From an uncultured Acidobacteriota bacterium (lineage in GTDB: Bacteria; Acidobacteriota; Blastocatellia; RBC074), in assembly GCA_963796275.1 (NCBI GenBank), contig CAWCKY010000001.1, positions 1,024,001 to 1,088,000 on the forward strand: a stretch of DNA of 64,000 nucleotides, in the 5' to 3' direction. The translations under genes were made by a program, and so were the position numbers. Each line of letters opens with the position of its first letter. Position 1 is the first letter of the stretch. Shown here piece after piece: positions 9,639 to 18,241 of the stretch. The notes under the pieces were generated by a model that ran no database searches, was not told the DNA's origin, and saw nothing but the letters and a program-made list of their open reading frames with translations.

Positions 9639-10796
9639 ATGTCACATATGAAACAGCAATCAGAGATCATGAAGGCAGCAGCTGCTGCCGTGGGTTCAAT
9701 GCAGAATTGGATTCCACTCAACGCCGAAGAGAGGTGCGATGAGGCAGGGGTATTCGAAGAGGGGATATCTTCAAGGATCGTTGCACAGGATGAAGCTATC
9801 CGTGCTATGTCGCAGCTCTATCAACTTTATTTGGCTGATTTGAACATGCCGAACAAACCGATCGGGACGCTCCTCTTCCTGGGTCCTACCGGTTCCGGCA
9901 AAACACGTGTCGTCGAGGCGGCCTCAGAGGTGTTGTTCGACGATCCATATGCGATGGTCAAAATTGACTGTGCCGAGTTTCAACACTCGCACGAAATATC
10001 GAAACTGATCGGCTCGCCGCCCGGATATTTGGGGCATCGTGAAACACATCCGATGTTATCGCAGGAGAACATAGACCGTTTTCAGACGCCAACAAATAAG
10101 CTTACCTTAATTTTATTCGATGAGATAGAGAAGGCGTCCGATGCGCTATGGCAACTCTTGCTTGGCATTCTCGACAAAGCGACGCTCACCCTGGGCGACA
10201 ACAGAAGGGTCGATTTCTCGAACTGCATCATCGTCATGACGTCCAATCTGGGCGCCCGTGAGATGAGCGTTCTGACCGAAGGTCAAATGGGCTTTGCGCC
10301 AACCGAAGCAATTTCCTCGGACCTCGATGCGAGGCTGGTAAAAATCGGAATTGAGGCGGCGCGGCGTAAATTTTCGCCCGAATTCATGAATCGCCTCGAT
10401 AAGATAGTCGTTTTTCAAACCCTAACCCGCGCCGCGATGGAGCGGATTTTGGACCTTGAATTGGATCTTCTGCAACGGAGGATTCTATCGACCGGACGCA
10501 GCGCTTTTATCCTTAAATGTAGCGATGAGGCAAAGGAATTTTTGCTTAAGGAAGGCTTCGATCGCCGCTACGGGGCAAGACCGCTCAAGCGTGCCATTGA
10601 ACGACATATTCTCGTTCCCGTCTCGAATATGATCTCTACCGGACAGCTTTCAACCGGTGACATTATGCTTGTCGATGTCAACGATGTTCGGAAAGGGCTC
10701 TGTTTCGGGAAGGCTTTCCCGTCATTAAGCCTGGATCATTGCGATCAGAGCAGCGGATTTTTCCCCGCACCTCAATTGCAAAGATTGGCTACATAA
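9639..10796 (+). CDS. Stand-alone ClpA/B/C-type second AAA+ module (AAA_2 + D2-small)
   Basis: GPTGSGKT, LIGSPPGYLG, FDEIEKA, MTSNLG, PEFMNRLD, YGARPLKR; no N-domain or D1. Confidence 0.9.
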   Translation: MSHMKQQSEIMKAAAAAVGSMQNWIPLNAEERCDEAGVFEEGISSRIVAQDEAIRAMSQLYQLYLADLNMPNKPIGTLLFLGPTGSGKTRVVEAASEVLFDDPYAMVKIDCAEFQHSHEISKLIGSPPGYLGHRETHPMLSQENIDRFQTPTNKLTLILFDEIEKASDALWQLLLGILDKATLTLGDNRRVDFSNCIIVMTSNLGAREMSVLTEGQMGFAPTEAISSDLDARLVKIGIEAARRKFSPEFMNRLDKIVVFQTLTRAAMERILDLELDLLQRRILSTGRSAFILKCSDEAKEFLLKEGFDRRYGARPLKRAIERHILVPVSNMISTGQLSTGDIMLVDVNDVRKGLCFGKAFPSLSLDHCDQSSGFFPAPQLQRLAT

Positions 10797-10938
10797 CGTA
10801 CGGCAACTGTCGTGCGCACACGGCTCGGCTAAAAGGCCGGTTGATTAGGAAGATGTATAAAGCGAATTAACGTGACGGAGCATTCTTTCGCTTCGCATCC
10901 ACTCCTGCTTATCCGGCCTTGTCTTCCACGGACGATGG

Positions 10939-11088
10939 TTATAATCCCAGGGTCCGTCGCTTAGTTATCAGCTGAAGTGCCAAAACAACCACTGCAATTA
11001 CCAGCAGCAGATGGATGTTACTTCCCACTCCGCCCAAAAAACCAAGCAGCCAAAGAATTAAAATAATCGCAAGGATCGTCCATAACAT
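10939..11088 (-). CDS. lmo0937-family (DUF5670-like) small membrane protein, 49 aa, absent from the ORF track
   Basis: Translated by hand: MLWTILAIILILWLLGFLGGVGSNIHLLLVIAVVVLALQLITKRRTLGL; AAGAAGGA RBS. Confidence 0.88.
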   Translation of the reverse strand: MLWTILAIILILWLLGFLGGVGSNIHLLLVIAVVVLALQLITKRRTLGL

Positions 11089-11117
11089 AATATCCTTCTT
11101 TGCCTGCTTTAATAAAA

Positions 11118-11133
11118 GGCAACTGATATGCCT
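11118..11133 (-). promoter_or_regulatory. sigma54 promoter for the lmo0937-like gene
   Basis: AGGCAT-ATCAG-TTGCC on the minus strand, GG-N10-GC, 30 nt from the ATG. Confidence 0.6.
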
Positions 11134-11282
11134 GTCTCAAACTATCATTACTGTAGCAGCCCGATGCAGCGCGTATCGTAGAAATACAAGTGTCTGTAGT
11201 CAATACATTCAGTTGCATTATTATTATATAAGATTGCGTGGTAATATTGGGTGAAGGGCTGTACTAAAACCGAAACGCGCTA

Positions 11283-11298
11283 TGGTCTGAGCTTTGCA
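11283..11298 (+). promoter_or_regulatory. sigma54 promoter for the DUF883/holin/DUF3618 operon
   Basis: TGGTCT-GAGCT-TTGCA, GG-N10-GC. Confidence 0.6.
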
Positions 11299-11413
11299 AG
11301 AAAGGCTAGGGAGACTCATCGCTAAGATTGAAAAAGACCTGGGGGAGAGCGAGTTACACAAAAATGATTTGAGCTACCTCTGGGGATTAAAGGCATTGAG
11401 TTACTAGGAGGAG

Positions 11414-11806
11414 GTGAACATGGATAGGATGGATAGGACGGAATTCAAGTCTAACCGGGAGTACCAGGATAATTTGCATCAGGATGAAGAAGTGTTGAGG
11501 GAGCAGGGTTATATGGCTGGAGGGGGTATGACTTTTGATCGGGTGAAGGCGGCGGTGGCAGATTTTTTATATGAGGCAGCTGAAGTGATCCATCATAAAA
11601 GTTTAGGGACCGGCAGTTCCGAAATATCGAATTTCGGTGACCGTGCCGCTAACTGGTTGGAGCATTCAGCCGGCTATGTGAGGGAGATGGAGCCGCAGCA
11701 GTTAAAGGCGGATTTCGAAGATAAAGTCCGCCGCCATCCGGGGCGGAGCCTCATAATCGCCGGGGTGGTAGGGCTGGTTATAGGCAGCGTGATTCGCAGG
11801 AGGTAA
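11414..11806 (+). CDS. ElaB/YqjD (DUF883)-like C-tail-anchored protein
   Basis: C-terminal VRRHPGRSLIIAGVVGLVIG-RRR; strong AGGAGGAGG RBS. Confidence 0.75.
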   Translation: MNMDRMDRTEFKSNREYQDNLHQDEEVLREQGYMAGGGMTFDRVKAAVADFLYEAAEVIHHKSLGTGSSEISNFGDRAANWLEHSAGYVREMEPQQLKADFEDKVRRHPGRSLIIAGVVGLVIGSVIRRR

Positions 11807-11810
11807 TTAT

Positions 11811-12230
11811 ATGTTCGAGCGGCACGGACAGGAGAGGATTTTATATTCATCATTGCAGCGCGAATCGATTGGAGATCTGCTCAGCAACCTGGCGGCTCAA
11901 TCGACCACTCTCGTGCGCGACGAGATCGCGTTGGTCGGGCGCGAATATTATGAAAAGGGAAAGCATGTTCGGCCGGCGTTGATCGTGCTGGCCGTTGGCG
12001 CCTTTCTCGCTATGCTCGCATCGGTGACCCTCTGCGCGGCGATTGTCCTTTTCATAAGTCAATATATTGACATCTGGATTTCTGCTGCGATCACAGGAAT
12101 CAGTTTAGGGATTATCGCCCTGTTGATGATTTTGGTCGGCGTCAGCCGAATGAAGCAGACAAGCCTCAGGCCTGAGCAAACTTTAAAGTCGCTGGAGGAG
12201 AACAAAGAATGGCTGAAAGAAATTACCTAA
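11811..12230 (+). CDS. Phage-holin-like (Phage_holin_3_6 type) membrane protein
   Basis: SIGDLL...LVRDEIAL, two TM helices, PEQTLKSLEENKEWLK tail. Confidence 0.8.
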   Translation: MFERHGQERILYSSLQRESIGDLLSNLAAQSTTLVRDEIALVGREYYEKGKHVRPALIVLAVGAFLAMLASVTLCAAIVLFISQYIDIWISAAITGISLGIIALLMILVGVSRMKQTSLRPEQTLKSLEENKEWLKEIT

Positions 12231-12670
12231 CTGAGGGCCGCCCAGCTTCTGCTTCGGCTCATGCTCCGGAACGTAGTGCTGAAGAGATTCGGAAGGACAT
12301 CGCATCGACGCGCGAGTCGATCACCGAAACGGTGGATCAGTTGAGTGATCGTTTCGGGCAGACTTTAGATTGGCGCACGTACGTATCGGATCATCCGCTG
12401 GCTGCTTTGGGGGTGGCGGCAGGGATCGGATTTTTGGCAGCGGGATTATTCAGGCATCGCGCTTCGGCGAAAGATCGCTTTACGGATGCTTTGGCCGATG
12501 CAGTCGAAGATATGTCGGAACGATTTCGTAATCACCTCGATGGGCTGGGTTTGAAAAGACCCGGCCTGGCGATGACGATGAGAGCGGCGGCAGCCGGTGC
12601 GATTGCCAGAGCTGCAACCGCCTATTTGAGTAGCCGTGTCGTTGGTGGCGACAACTACAAGAACTCATAA
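12209..12670 (+). CDS. DUF3618-domain protein
   Basis: RSAEEIRKDIASTRESITETVDQL; HPLAALGVAAGIGFL; overlaps the upstream gene. Confidence 0.8.
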   Translation: MAERNYLTEGRPASASAHAPERSAEEIRKDIASTRESITETVDQLSDRFGQTLDWRTYVSDHPLAALGVAAGIGFLAAGLFRHRASAKDRFTDALADAVEDMSERFRNHLDGLGLKRPGLAMTMRAAAAGAIARAATAYLSSRVVGGDNYKNS

Positions 12671-12690
12671 AACGGAATGAAGGAGGAAGT

Positions 12691-13155
12691 ATGGCAGACA
12701 CACCAAGAAGCGAACAGAATCAAGCGAAACAGGCCACACCGGGAGGCCAGACTGCCGAACAGATAGCCAGCGCGGCGCGGCAGGCTCGCGGATATATGTC
12801 AGACACAGAGCGCCAAACGGGGCAAACAGGGCAAACGGGGCAGGCTGGGCAAGCGGGACAGGCCGCTCAGAAGGCGAAAGAGAGAGTATCCGATATGGCC
12901 GGCCAGGCACGGGAGACTATAAATCATGCCTATTCTCGCGCTAGTCGTGGGATGAACGAGACCTGGGACCAGGCGATGGTTTACAGCAAAGACCATCCGG
13001 CAACGGCTACCCTGGTGGCTTTCGGAGCGGGGCTCGGGATCGGCCTCTGCATCGCAGGGACTTTCGGCGGCCTACAGTCCCGCAGCCGCGCACGCCGTAT
13101 AGTACCTCCGATAATGAACGCGCTTTCGGATATTGCCCGGGAATTTTTCCGTTGA
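12691..13155 (+). CDS. DUF883/YtxH-like stress protein with GQT/GQA repeats
   Basis: GAGGAAG RBS; HPATATLVAFGAGLGIG anchor; nonamer-coded repeat near 12813-12866. Confidence 0.7.
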   Translation: MADTPRSEQNQAKQATPGGQTAEQIASAARQARGYMSDTERQTGQTGQTGQAGQAGQAAQKAKERVSDMAGQARETINHAYSRASRGMNETWDQAMVYSKDHPATATLVAFGAGLGIGLCIAGTFGGLQSRSRARRIVPPIMNALSDIAREFFR

Positions 13156-13190
13156 TAACGGTTCAGGAACGAATAAATGATACCGAAACC

Positions 13191-13258
13191 GTCCCAGTTG
13201 CCCCAGTCGCCCCCATTGTCCTTGTTGTCCCAGTCACCCCGGTCGCCTCGGTCGCCCC
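13191..13258. repeat. Degenerate nonamer tandem repeat (GYCCCAGTY-like), intergenic
   Basis: gtcccagtt gccccagtc gcccccatt gtccttgtt gtcccagtc accccggtc gcctcggtc. Confidence 0.75.
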
Positions 13259-13284
13259 TTTCCGAGGTTGAAGGAGAAGAATCG

Positions 13285-14934
13285 ATGCCCAAAGAGAAGC
13301 GGACCATTCTCCTCGTCAGTAAAAATAATACGGATCCTCAGCCCTGGCGGGAGTATCTGGAGACCGACGACGCAATCGACTGGTCATTCATCGAGGAAGA
13401 GTCGGCCGCGAAAGCTGCGACGAGCTGTCTGCTGATCAGACCCGATTGTCTTCTGGTCAGCGGAACCCCATCGGGGATCAATGATGTGCTGGCGGCTCTG
13501 CAGGAATCGATAGACCAGATTCCGGTGATCGTGATCACCGATTCGGGCGGGGATGAATCTTTGGGACCAATTGGAAGAGAAGTGGGAGAGTGTCTGAATC
13601 GTGAGGCTGTCTCGTCCGGCGTTCTCCGCCGGACTGTCAGCCGAGCGATAGAGATGACCAGGATGCAGTGTCTGGTTGAACAACAGGCGCGGCAGATCGA
13701 TGAACTCAATCTGCGGTTGGAGACCGAACGGGGCCAGATGATGGAGCGCGAAAGGCGGGCGCGCGATCTGGCCGAAGCGGTCAACCGGGATAAGGATGAA
13801 TTCATTGCGGTCGTCTCACACGAATTGCGAGCCCCCCTCAATGCCATACTCGGTTGGGCGCGCATTCTCAAAATCGGGAAATACAACGCAAAAACATTCG
13901 AGCATGCGGTCGATGTGATCGAACGCAGCGCCCGTACCCAGCAGCGATTGATCGAAGACCTGCTCGACACCGCGCGGGTCATCAGGGGGAAGCTCCGATT
14001 GGAGACCAAACCCGTCGATCTCGCCCGGGTCATCGAGGCTTCCGCCGATTCCGTTCACCCGGCCGTCGAGGCTAAGGGCATAGATTTAAAATTGAAACTG
14101 AAGGGTAAGAACAATGTCATTACGGGTGATGCGGACCGGCTGCAGCAGGTAGTCTGGAATCTGTTATCGAATGCCGTCAAATTCACGCCCGAGGGGGGGC
14201 AGGTAGAGGCTCAACTCGAACGGGCGGACCCTTATTTACAAATTATCGTGAGAGATTCGGGCAAAGGCATCAGCCGCGATTTTCTGCCCTATATCTTCGA
14301 TCGATTTCAGCAGGCCGATCTGGCCAGCAGGCGCCGCCACAGCGGGTTGGGGCTCGGCCTGGCGCTCGTACGGCATCTCGTCGAGCTGCACGGCGGAACA
14401 GTCGAGGCCGATAGCGCGGGTGAAGGGCAAGGATCTACCTTTATTGTGAGGCTCCCGCTTCCGGCTATTCGGCAGCGAGTCGATGAAAAGAAGCAAAGTG
14501 CCCGCGATAAATCGGTTGCCATCAGCTCCTACTCGCTCGACGGCATACGCACGCTGGTGGTGGATGATGATCCGGATGCGCGCGATCTCGTGGCCACCTT
14601 GCTGCGGCAATATGGCGCCCATGTCACTACAGCGGCTTCCGCCTCGGAGGCGCTCGTATGCATAACATCCAGCGATTCATCCAATCGAGCCGAGATTCTG
14701 GTCTCTGACATCGGGATGCCGGAAGAAGATGGATACTCCTTGATCGAGTCGATACGGCGACTCGCCCCCGAAGATGGAGGTTCCATTCCTGCCATCGCGC
14801 TCACCGCGTATGGGCGCGCGAGCGATCGCATCAGGGCGCTTTCAGCGGGTTTCCAAACGCATATGCCGAAACCCGTCGAACCCGCAGAGCTTGTCATGGT
14901 GATATACAGTTTGACGGGCCGCGCCAGTTATTGA
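13285..14934 (+). CDS. Hybrid sensor histidine kinase (degenerate REC - HisKA - HATPase - REC)
   Basis: SHELRAPL, NLLSNAVKF, DSGKG, GLGLGL, VSDIGMP; GAAGGAG RBS supports a start at 13285 rather than 13177. Confidence 0.93.
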   Translation: MPKEKRTILLVSKNNTDPQPWREYLETDDAIDWSFIEEESAAKAATSCLLIRPDCLLVSGTPSGINDVLAALQESIDQIPVIVITDSGGDESLGPIGREVGECLNREAVSSGVLRRTVSRAIEMTRMQCLVEQQARQIDELNLRLETERGQMMERERRARDLAEAVNRDKDEFIAVVSHELRAPLNAILGWARILKIGKYNAKTFEHAVDVIERSARTQQRLIEDLLDTARVIRGKLRLETKPVDLARVIEASADSVHPAVEAKGIDLKLKLKGKNNVITGDADRLQQVVWNLLSNAVKFTPEGGQVEAQLERADPYLQIIVRDSGKGISRDFLPYIFDRFQQADLASRRRHSGLGLGLALVRHLVELHGGTVEADSAGEGQGSTFIVRLPLPAIRQRVDEKKQSARDKSVAISSYSLDGIRTLVVDDDPDARDLVATLLRQYGAHVTTAASASEALVCITSSDSSNRAEILVSDIGMPEEDGYSLIESIRRLAPEDGGSIPAIALTAYGRASDRIRALSAGFQTHMPKPVEPAELVMVIYSLTGRASY

Positions 14935-15033
14935 TTGCTTTAGGCGTATTGAATGTTCAGAAACAAATTTCCGGAATCCGCAATCTATGCGCATCCGTCA
15001 ATAAACAGTCCGCAATCAAGAAAGAGGGAAGTC

Positions 15034-16635
15034 ATGAACAGAGCAAAGGTGCTTGTTATCGACGATGATCCTGAAATGCTCGATCTGACCCAGTATGAGC
15101 TGCAGACCCGTGGTTATGAGGTGATTACGGCGAAGAATGGCGAGGAAGGGTTGAAAATTATTGGCGAACACGGCGTCGACGTCGCGCTCACGGACCTCCA
15201 GCTTCCTGATATTCACGGAATTGAACTGGTCGGGATGTTGAAGGAGATTTCGCCGCGCACGGAAATAATCATGGTGACCGGCTACAGCTCGCTCAACGAT
15301 GCTATCGGCGCGATCAAGGCCGGCGCATTTTATTTCATCGAAAAGCCGGTCGAATTCGAGGAACTGTCTCTCCTGCTCGAGAAGGCTATCGAACGCGGCA
15401 GCCAGGCCGAGGAGATCAAGAACCTGCTGGGACGATTGAGCGAGCGAACCTCGTATTACAATCTGATCGGCAGCAGCAAGGCCATGCAGGATATCTATGA
15501 GATTATCGAAGGCGTCGCCGAATCGGACGCCAACATAATGATCTTCGGCGAATCGGGGACCGGCAAGGAGTTGATCGCAAATGCTATCCATTATAAGAGT
15601 CTGCGCGCCAAGAAACCGTTCGTTAAGATCAACTGCTCGGCGCTGCCGAAAGAGCTGATCGAGTCGGAGCTATTCGGTCATACCAAAGGCGCATTCACCG
15701 GCGCGGCGACCGAGAAGACCGGATTGATCGGGCAGGCGAAGGGGGGCAGCCTCTTGCTTGATGAGATCGGTGAGATGCCCGTTGAATTGCAGCCCAAGCT
15801 TCTGCGCGTACTGCAAGAGCGCGTCTACTATCGGTTAGGGAGTGAAAAAGCGCTCGAAGCCGACTTCCGGTTGATCTCGTCGACCAATCGCGATCCGCTG
15901 GTGGCGATCCGCGATGGGCATTTGCGTGAAGACCTTTACTACCGCATCAACACCATCGAAATTCACGTACCGCCTCTGCGCGACCGCGCGGAAGATATCC
16001 AGCATCTGGCCGAATATTTCCTGAAAATATATGCTGAAAAGTACCATCGCCAGGTGCACTCGATATCACAGCACGTCTATGAACGAATGTTCGAGTATTC
16101 TTGGCCCGGCAACGTGCGCGAGCTGCAGAATGTCATCGAGCGTGCGGTCCTACTCAGCAAGGGAGATATGATCGAAGAGAGCATCCTGCCCACGGCTATC
16201 TCGGTACAGCCGGAGGCAGCCAGTGTCCCGGTGCCGGAATCATCACTGCCTGCGACCGGCAGCAAATCTGAAGCAGGGGTGTCAAATGCACAGGATTTGA
16301 CGCTGGAGCAGATGGCCTGGTTGATAGTTAACCGAATCCCGGATTCGAAGGACGGGAGGCATCGAACCGACACGATCAAACAGTTTGAAGGCGCCATCGT
16401 CAACGCCGCTCTCGAGCGCACGAGAGGCAACAAGCAGGCGGCTGCCAACCTGCTCGGCCTCTACCGCCCCCGCCTTTACACGCTGCTGAGAAAACACAAC
16501 CTGGGCAAGACGATCCGTGAAGTCGACCGGTCTATCACAGATGCCGAGCTGGAAGAACAAGAAATGGCTGAGATGGATTCTCACGCTATGGTAGATAATG
16601 GGCTTACTCACACGATGCGTTCGGCGGGAGACTGA
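15034..16635 (+). CDS. NtrC-family sigma54-dependent response regulator (REC-AAA-HTH)
   Basis: TDLQLP, GESGTGKE, ESELFGH, GAFTGA, WPGNVRELQN, Fis-type HTH GNKQAAANLLG; acidic C-terminal extension. Confidence 0.96.
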   Translation: MNRAKVLVIDDDPEMLDLTQYELQTRGYEVITAKNGEEGLKIIGEHGVDVALTDLQLPDIHGIELVGMLKEISPRTEIIMVTGYSSLNDAIGAIKAGAFYFIEKPVEFEELSLLLEKAIERGSQAEEIKNLLGRLSERTSYYNLIGSSKAMQDIYEIIEGVAESDANIMIFGESGTGKELIANAIHYKSLRAKKPFVKINCSALPKELIESELFGHTKGAFTGAATEKTGLIGQAKGGSLLLDEIGEMPVELQPKLLRVLQERVYYRLGSEKALEADFRLISSTNRDPLVAIRDGHLREDLYYRINTIEIHVPPLRDRAEDIQHLAEYFLKIYAEKYHRQVHSISQHVYERMFEYSWPGNVRELQNVIERAVLLSKGDMIEESILPTAISVQPEAASVPVPESSLPATGSKSEAGVSNAQDLTLEQMAWLIVNRIPDSKDGRHRTDTIKQFEGAIVNAALERTRGNKQAAANLLGLYRPRLYTLLRKHNLGKTIREVDRSITDAELEEQEMAEMDSHAMVDNGLTHTMRSAGD

Positions 16636-16667
16636 ACTAACTTGAAGAGGGAAGGGAATATGAGTGT

Positions 16668-16889
16668 ATGAACAAGGAAAGAAAAGATGACCCGAAGCCT
16701 AAACCTCCACCCGCCCCCCAACTGCCCAACCTCCCATGGAGCCCTGACGATCCTTTCCAACTGGATCCGGAGCGAAAAGAGCCAGTTACTACAAGTCTGC
16801 CAGAAACAGAAAAAGAAAATGATGGGGCAACGCCGCCGGCGCGACCAAAACGCGAGAGACGAGAAAATGAAGAAAGTAATGAGCAATAA
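16668..16889 (+). CDS. Small Pro/Glu-rich hypothetical protein
   Basis: Follows the regulator on the same strand with purine-rich upstream sequence; low complexity. Confidence 0.45.
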   Translation: MNKERKDDPKPKPPPAPQLPNLPWSPDDPFQLDPERKEPVTTSLPETEKENDGATPPARPKRERRENEESNEQ

Positions 16890-17052
16890 CTATAATAGAA
16901 CACACACAGGTATTTTTTTAGTACATAGACATGACTTTCTTCAATCCATTTTAGTTATTATGTACACATAAAATTCCTATTTCTCGCATCGAAATATCTC
17001 CAAGCATACAGAATATAACAAGTTGAGTATTTTAGAAAAATCGCAATGTTAA

Positions 17053-17068
17053 TGGCATTGAGGTTGCT
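17053..17068 (+). promoter_or_regulatory. sigma54 promoter for candidate sRNA 2
   Basis: TGGCAT-TGAGG-TTGCT, near-consensus, with AT-rich upstream DNA. Confidence 0.8.
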
Positions 17069-17078
17069 AGGCAGTTGA

Positions 17079-17219
17079 TGACCATTTTAACGAATGGTCA
17101 GCTCAAGTACAGGCGAGGGACTTTCGGGGGAGTGAGTTCCTCGCCGTCATGAGTTGGGATGGCTGCTTGCGAATAGCTGTCACACGAGGGAAAGCTATTC
17201 TCAAGCAGCCATTTCTTTT
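17079..17219 (+). ncRNA. Candidate sigma54-dependent sRNA 2 (three stem-loops)
   Basis: TGACCATT/AATGGTCA at the predicted +1; long stem 17100-17155; terminator stem 17160-17211 plus TTTCTTTT; G-U pairs on the plus strand. Confidence 0.7.
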
Positions 17220-17357
17220 GACATCGATACCGAACAGCGCCGGAGGTTAGTCAAACTTATGCTTGGCAGCCATAAGTTACCTTCTGGCGCTCGTCCTAGC
17301 TATTCTGGCGATACCAAGGCGTATTTCCTCTACCTTGTCGTGGTATCGATGTATGAA

Positions 17358-17876
17358 TTATCGAACTGTCGTATACTCGCGCGTATAGACCGGCCGGAGG
17401 TCTCTCTCCTCAACAACCACCTCAGTCAGCGATAGTGACCGAACACCTATTTGGAGTCCCTCATTGAGTTGTTGAATCAAGATGACCCGTCCATTATTGA
17501 ACCGGAGCGCGTCTCGGTAGACGTACGGCTTATCAGTTATCTGAGTGAAGGTAGCTTCCTCTCTTTCGTTTAGGCCGTGCTCTTTCTGAAGACGCGCCGG
17601 GATGCCCTGAACATCCAGCCGTGCACCCGGCGGAATACAGACCGCGGGCAGCGCTCTCTCGATCTGTCCGTTGGCTGATTCCATCCCACGATCCATCCAC
17701 GTTTTGAATCTCATCCATAAACTGGATTCCGCTGTGACCTGATATTGTTTCTTTATCTTATCGAGGTCAGTCGGCGATGCCAGCCCTTTCGAACCAGAGA
17801 GGAATCTGTGGACGAAAAGCGTTTCGCCTTCAACGGCCAGACGGTTTTTAAAGCTATGCAATGAATAGTCGCACAT
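17358..17876 (-). CDS. Conserved hypothetical protein of the MCDYSL...AVC(I/L)xPG type
   Basis: AGGAGG RBS; MCDYSLH, AVCIPPGARL and YRDALRFNNG motifs. Confidence 0.8.
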   Translation of the reverse strand: MCDYSLHSFKNRLAVEGETLFVHRFLSGSKGLASPTDLDKIKKQYQVTAESSLWMRFKTWMDRGMESANGQIERALPAVCIPPGARLDVQGIPARLQKEHGLNEREEATFTQITDKPYVYRDALRFNNGRVILIQQLNEGLQIGVRSLSLTEVVVEERDLRPVYTREYTTVR

Positions 17877-18241
17877 ATTCTACCTCCTAAATATCCTGGG
17901 CGATGCCCTGCTTGAATGACGATTACTGAATCTACTCTCTTTACTGCTTCTTCGTTGAGTATTAAGTCTTCAACAGTTTATCCGGTCGTCTTCTATTATT
18001 CCGGGTTCATACCAGGCGATTCGAATGGGAGGATTTCAACATAGCCTTACCCGGTAATCATTTCGTTTTGGAGGATTCTTTTTCTTAGCTGAAACCGCTT
18101 GCTGTAAGTTTACCTCATTTCTATGGGTTTGAGAACCGAATAGAGGCATACAGCTAATTTTCGTGGAATATCATTGATATGAGATTGCTTTTCTATAGTT
18201 TAAAGAGGGACCGAGCATCACAATGTCGCGCACCTTCGCAA

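Noticed and set aside
11811-12230. Prophage suggested by the holin-like gene
   Set aside because: This family sits with DUF883/DUF3618 stress genes; no phage structural, lysis or integrase genes nearby
13177-13284. Pro/Ser-rich N-terminal extension of the hybrid kinase
   Set aside because: It is a translated nonamer repeat; the RBS supports a start at 13285
13338-14033. Long antisense ORFs (also 20069-20776, 23033-23752, 37305-38003, 62931-63719)
   Set aside because: Shadows of GC-rich coding genes on the opposite strand
17154-17435. 93-aa ORF as the target of the 17053 promoter
   Set aside because: TTG start without RBS, crosses a terminator and overlaps the convergent gene; ORF 9247-9444 was rejected on similar grounds (antisense to the structured RNA, no RBS)
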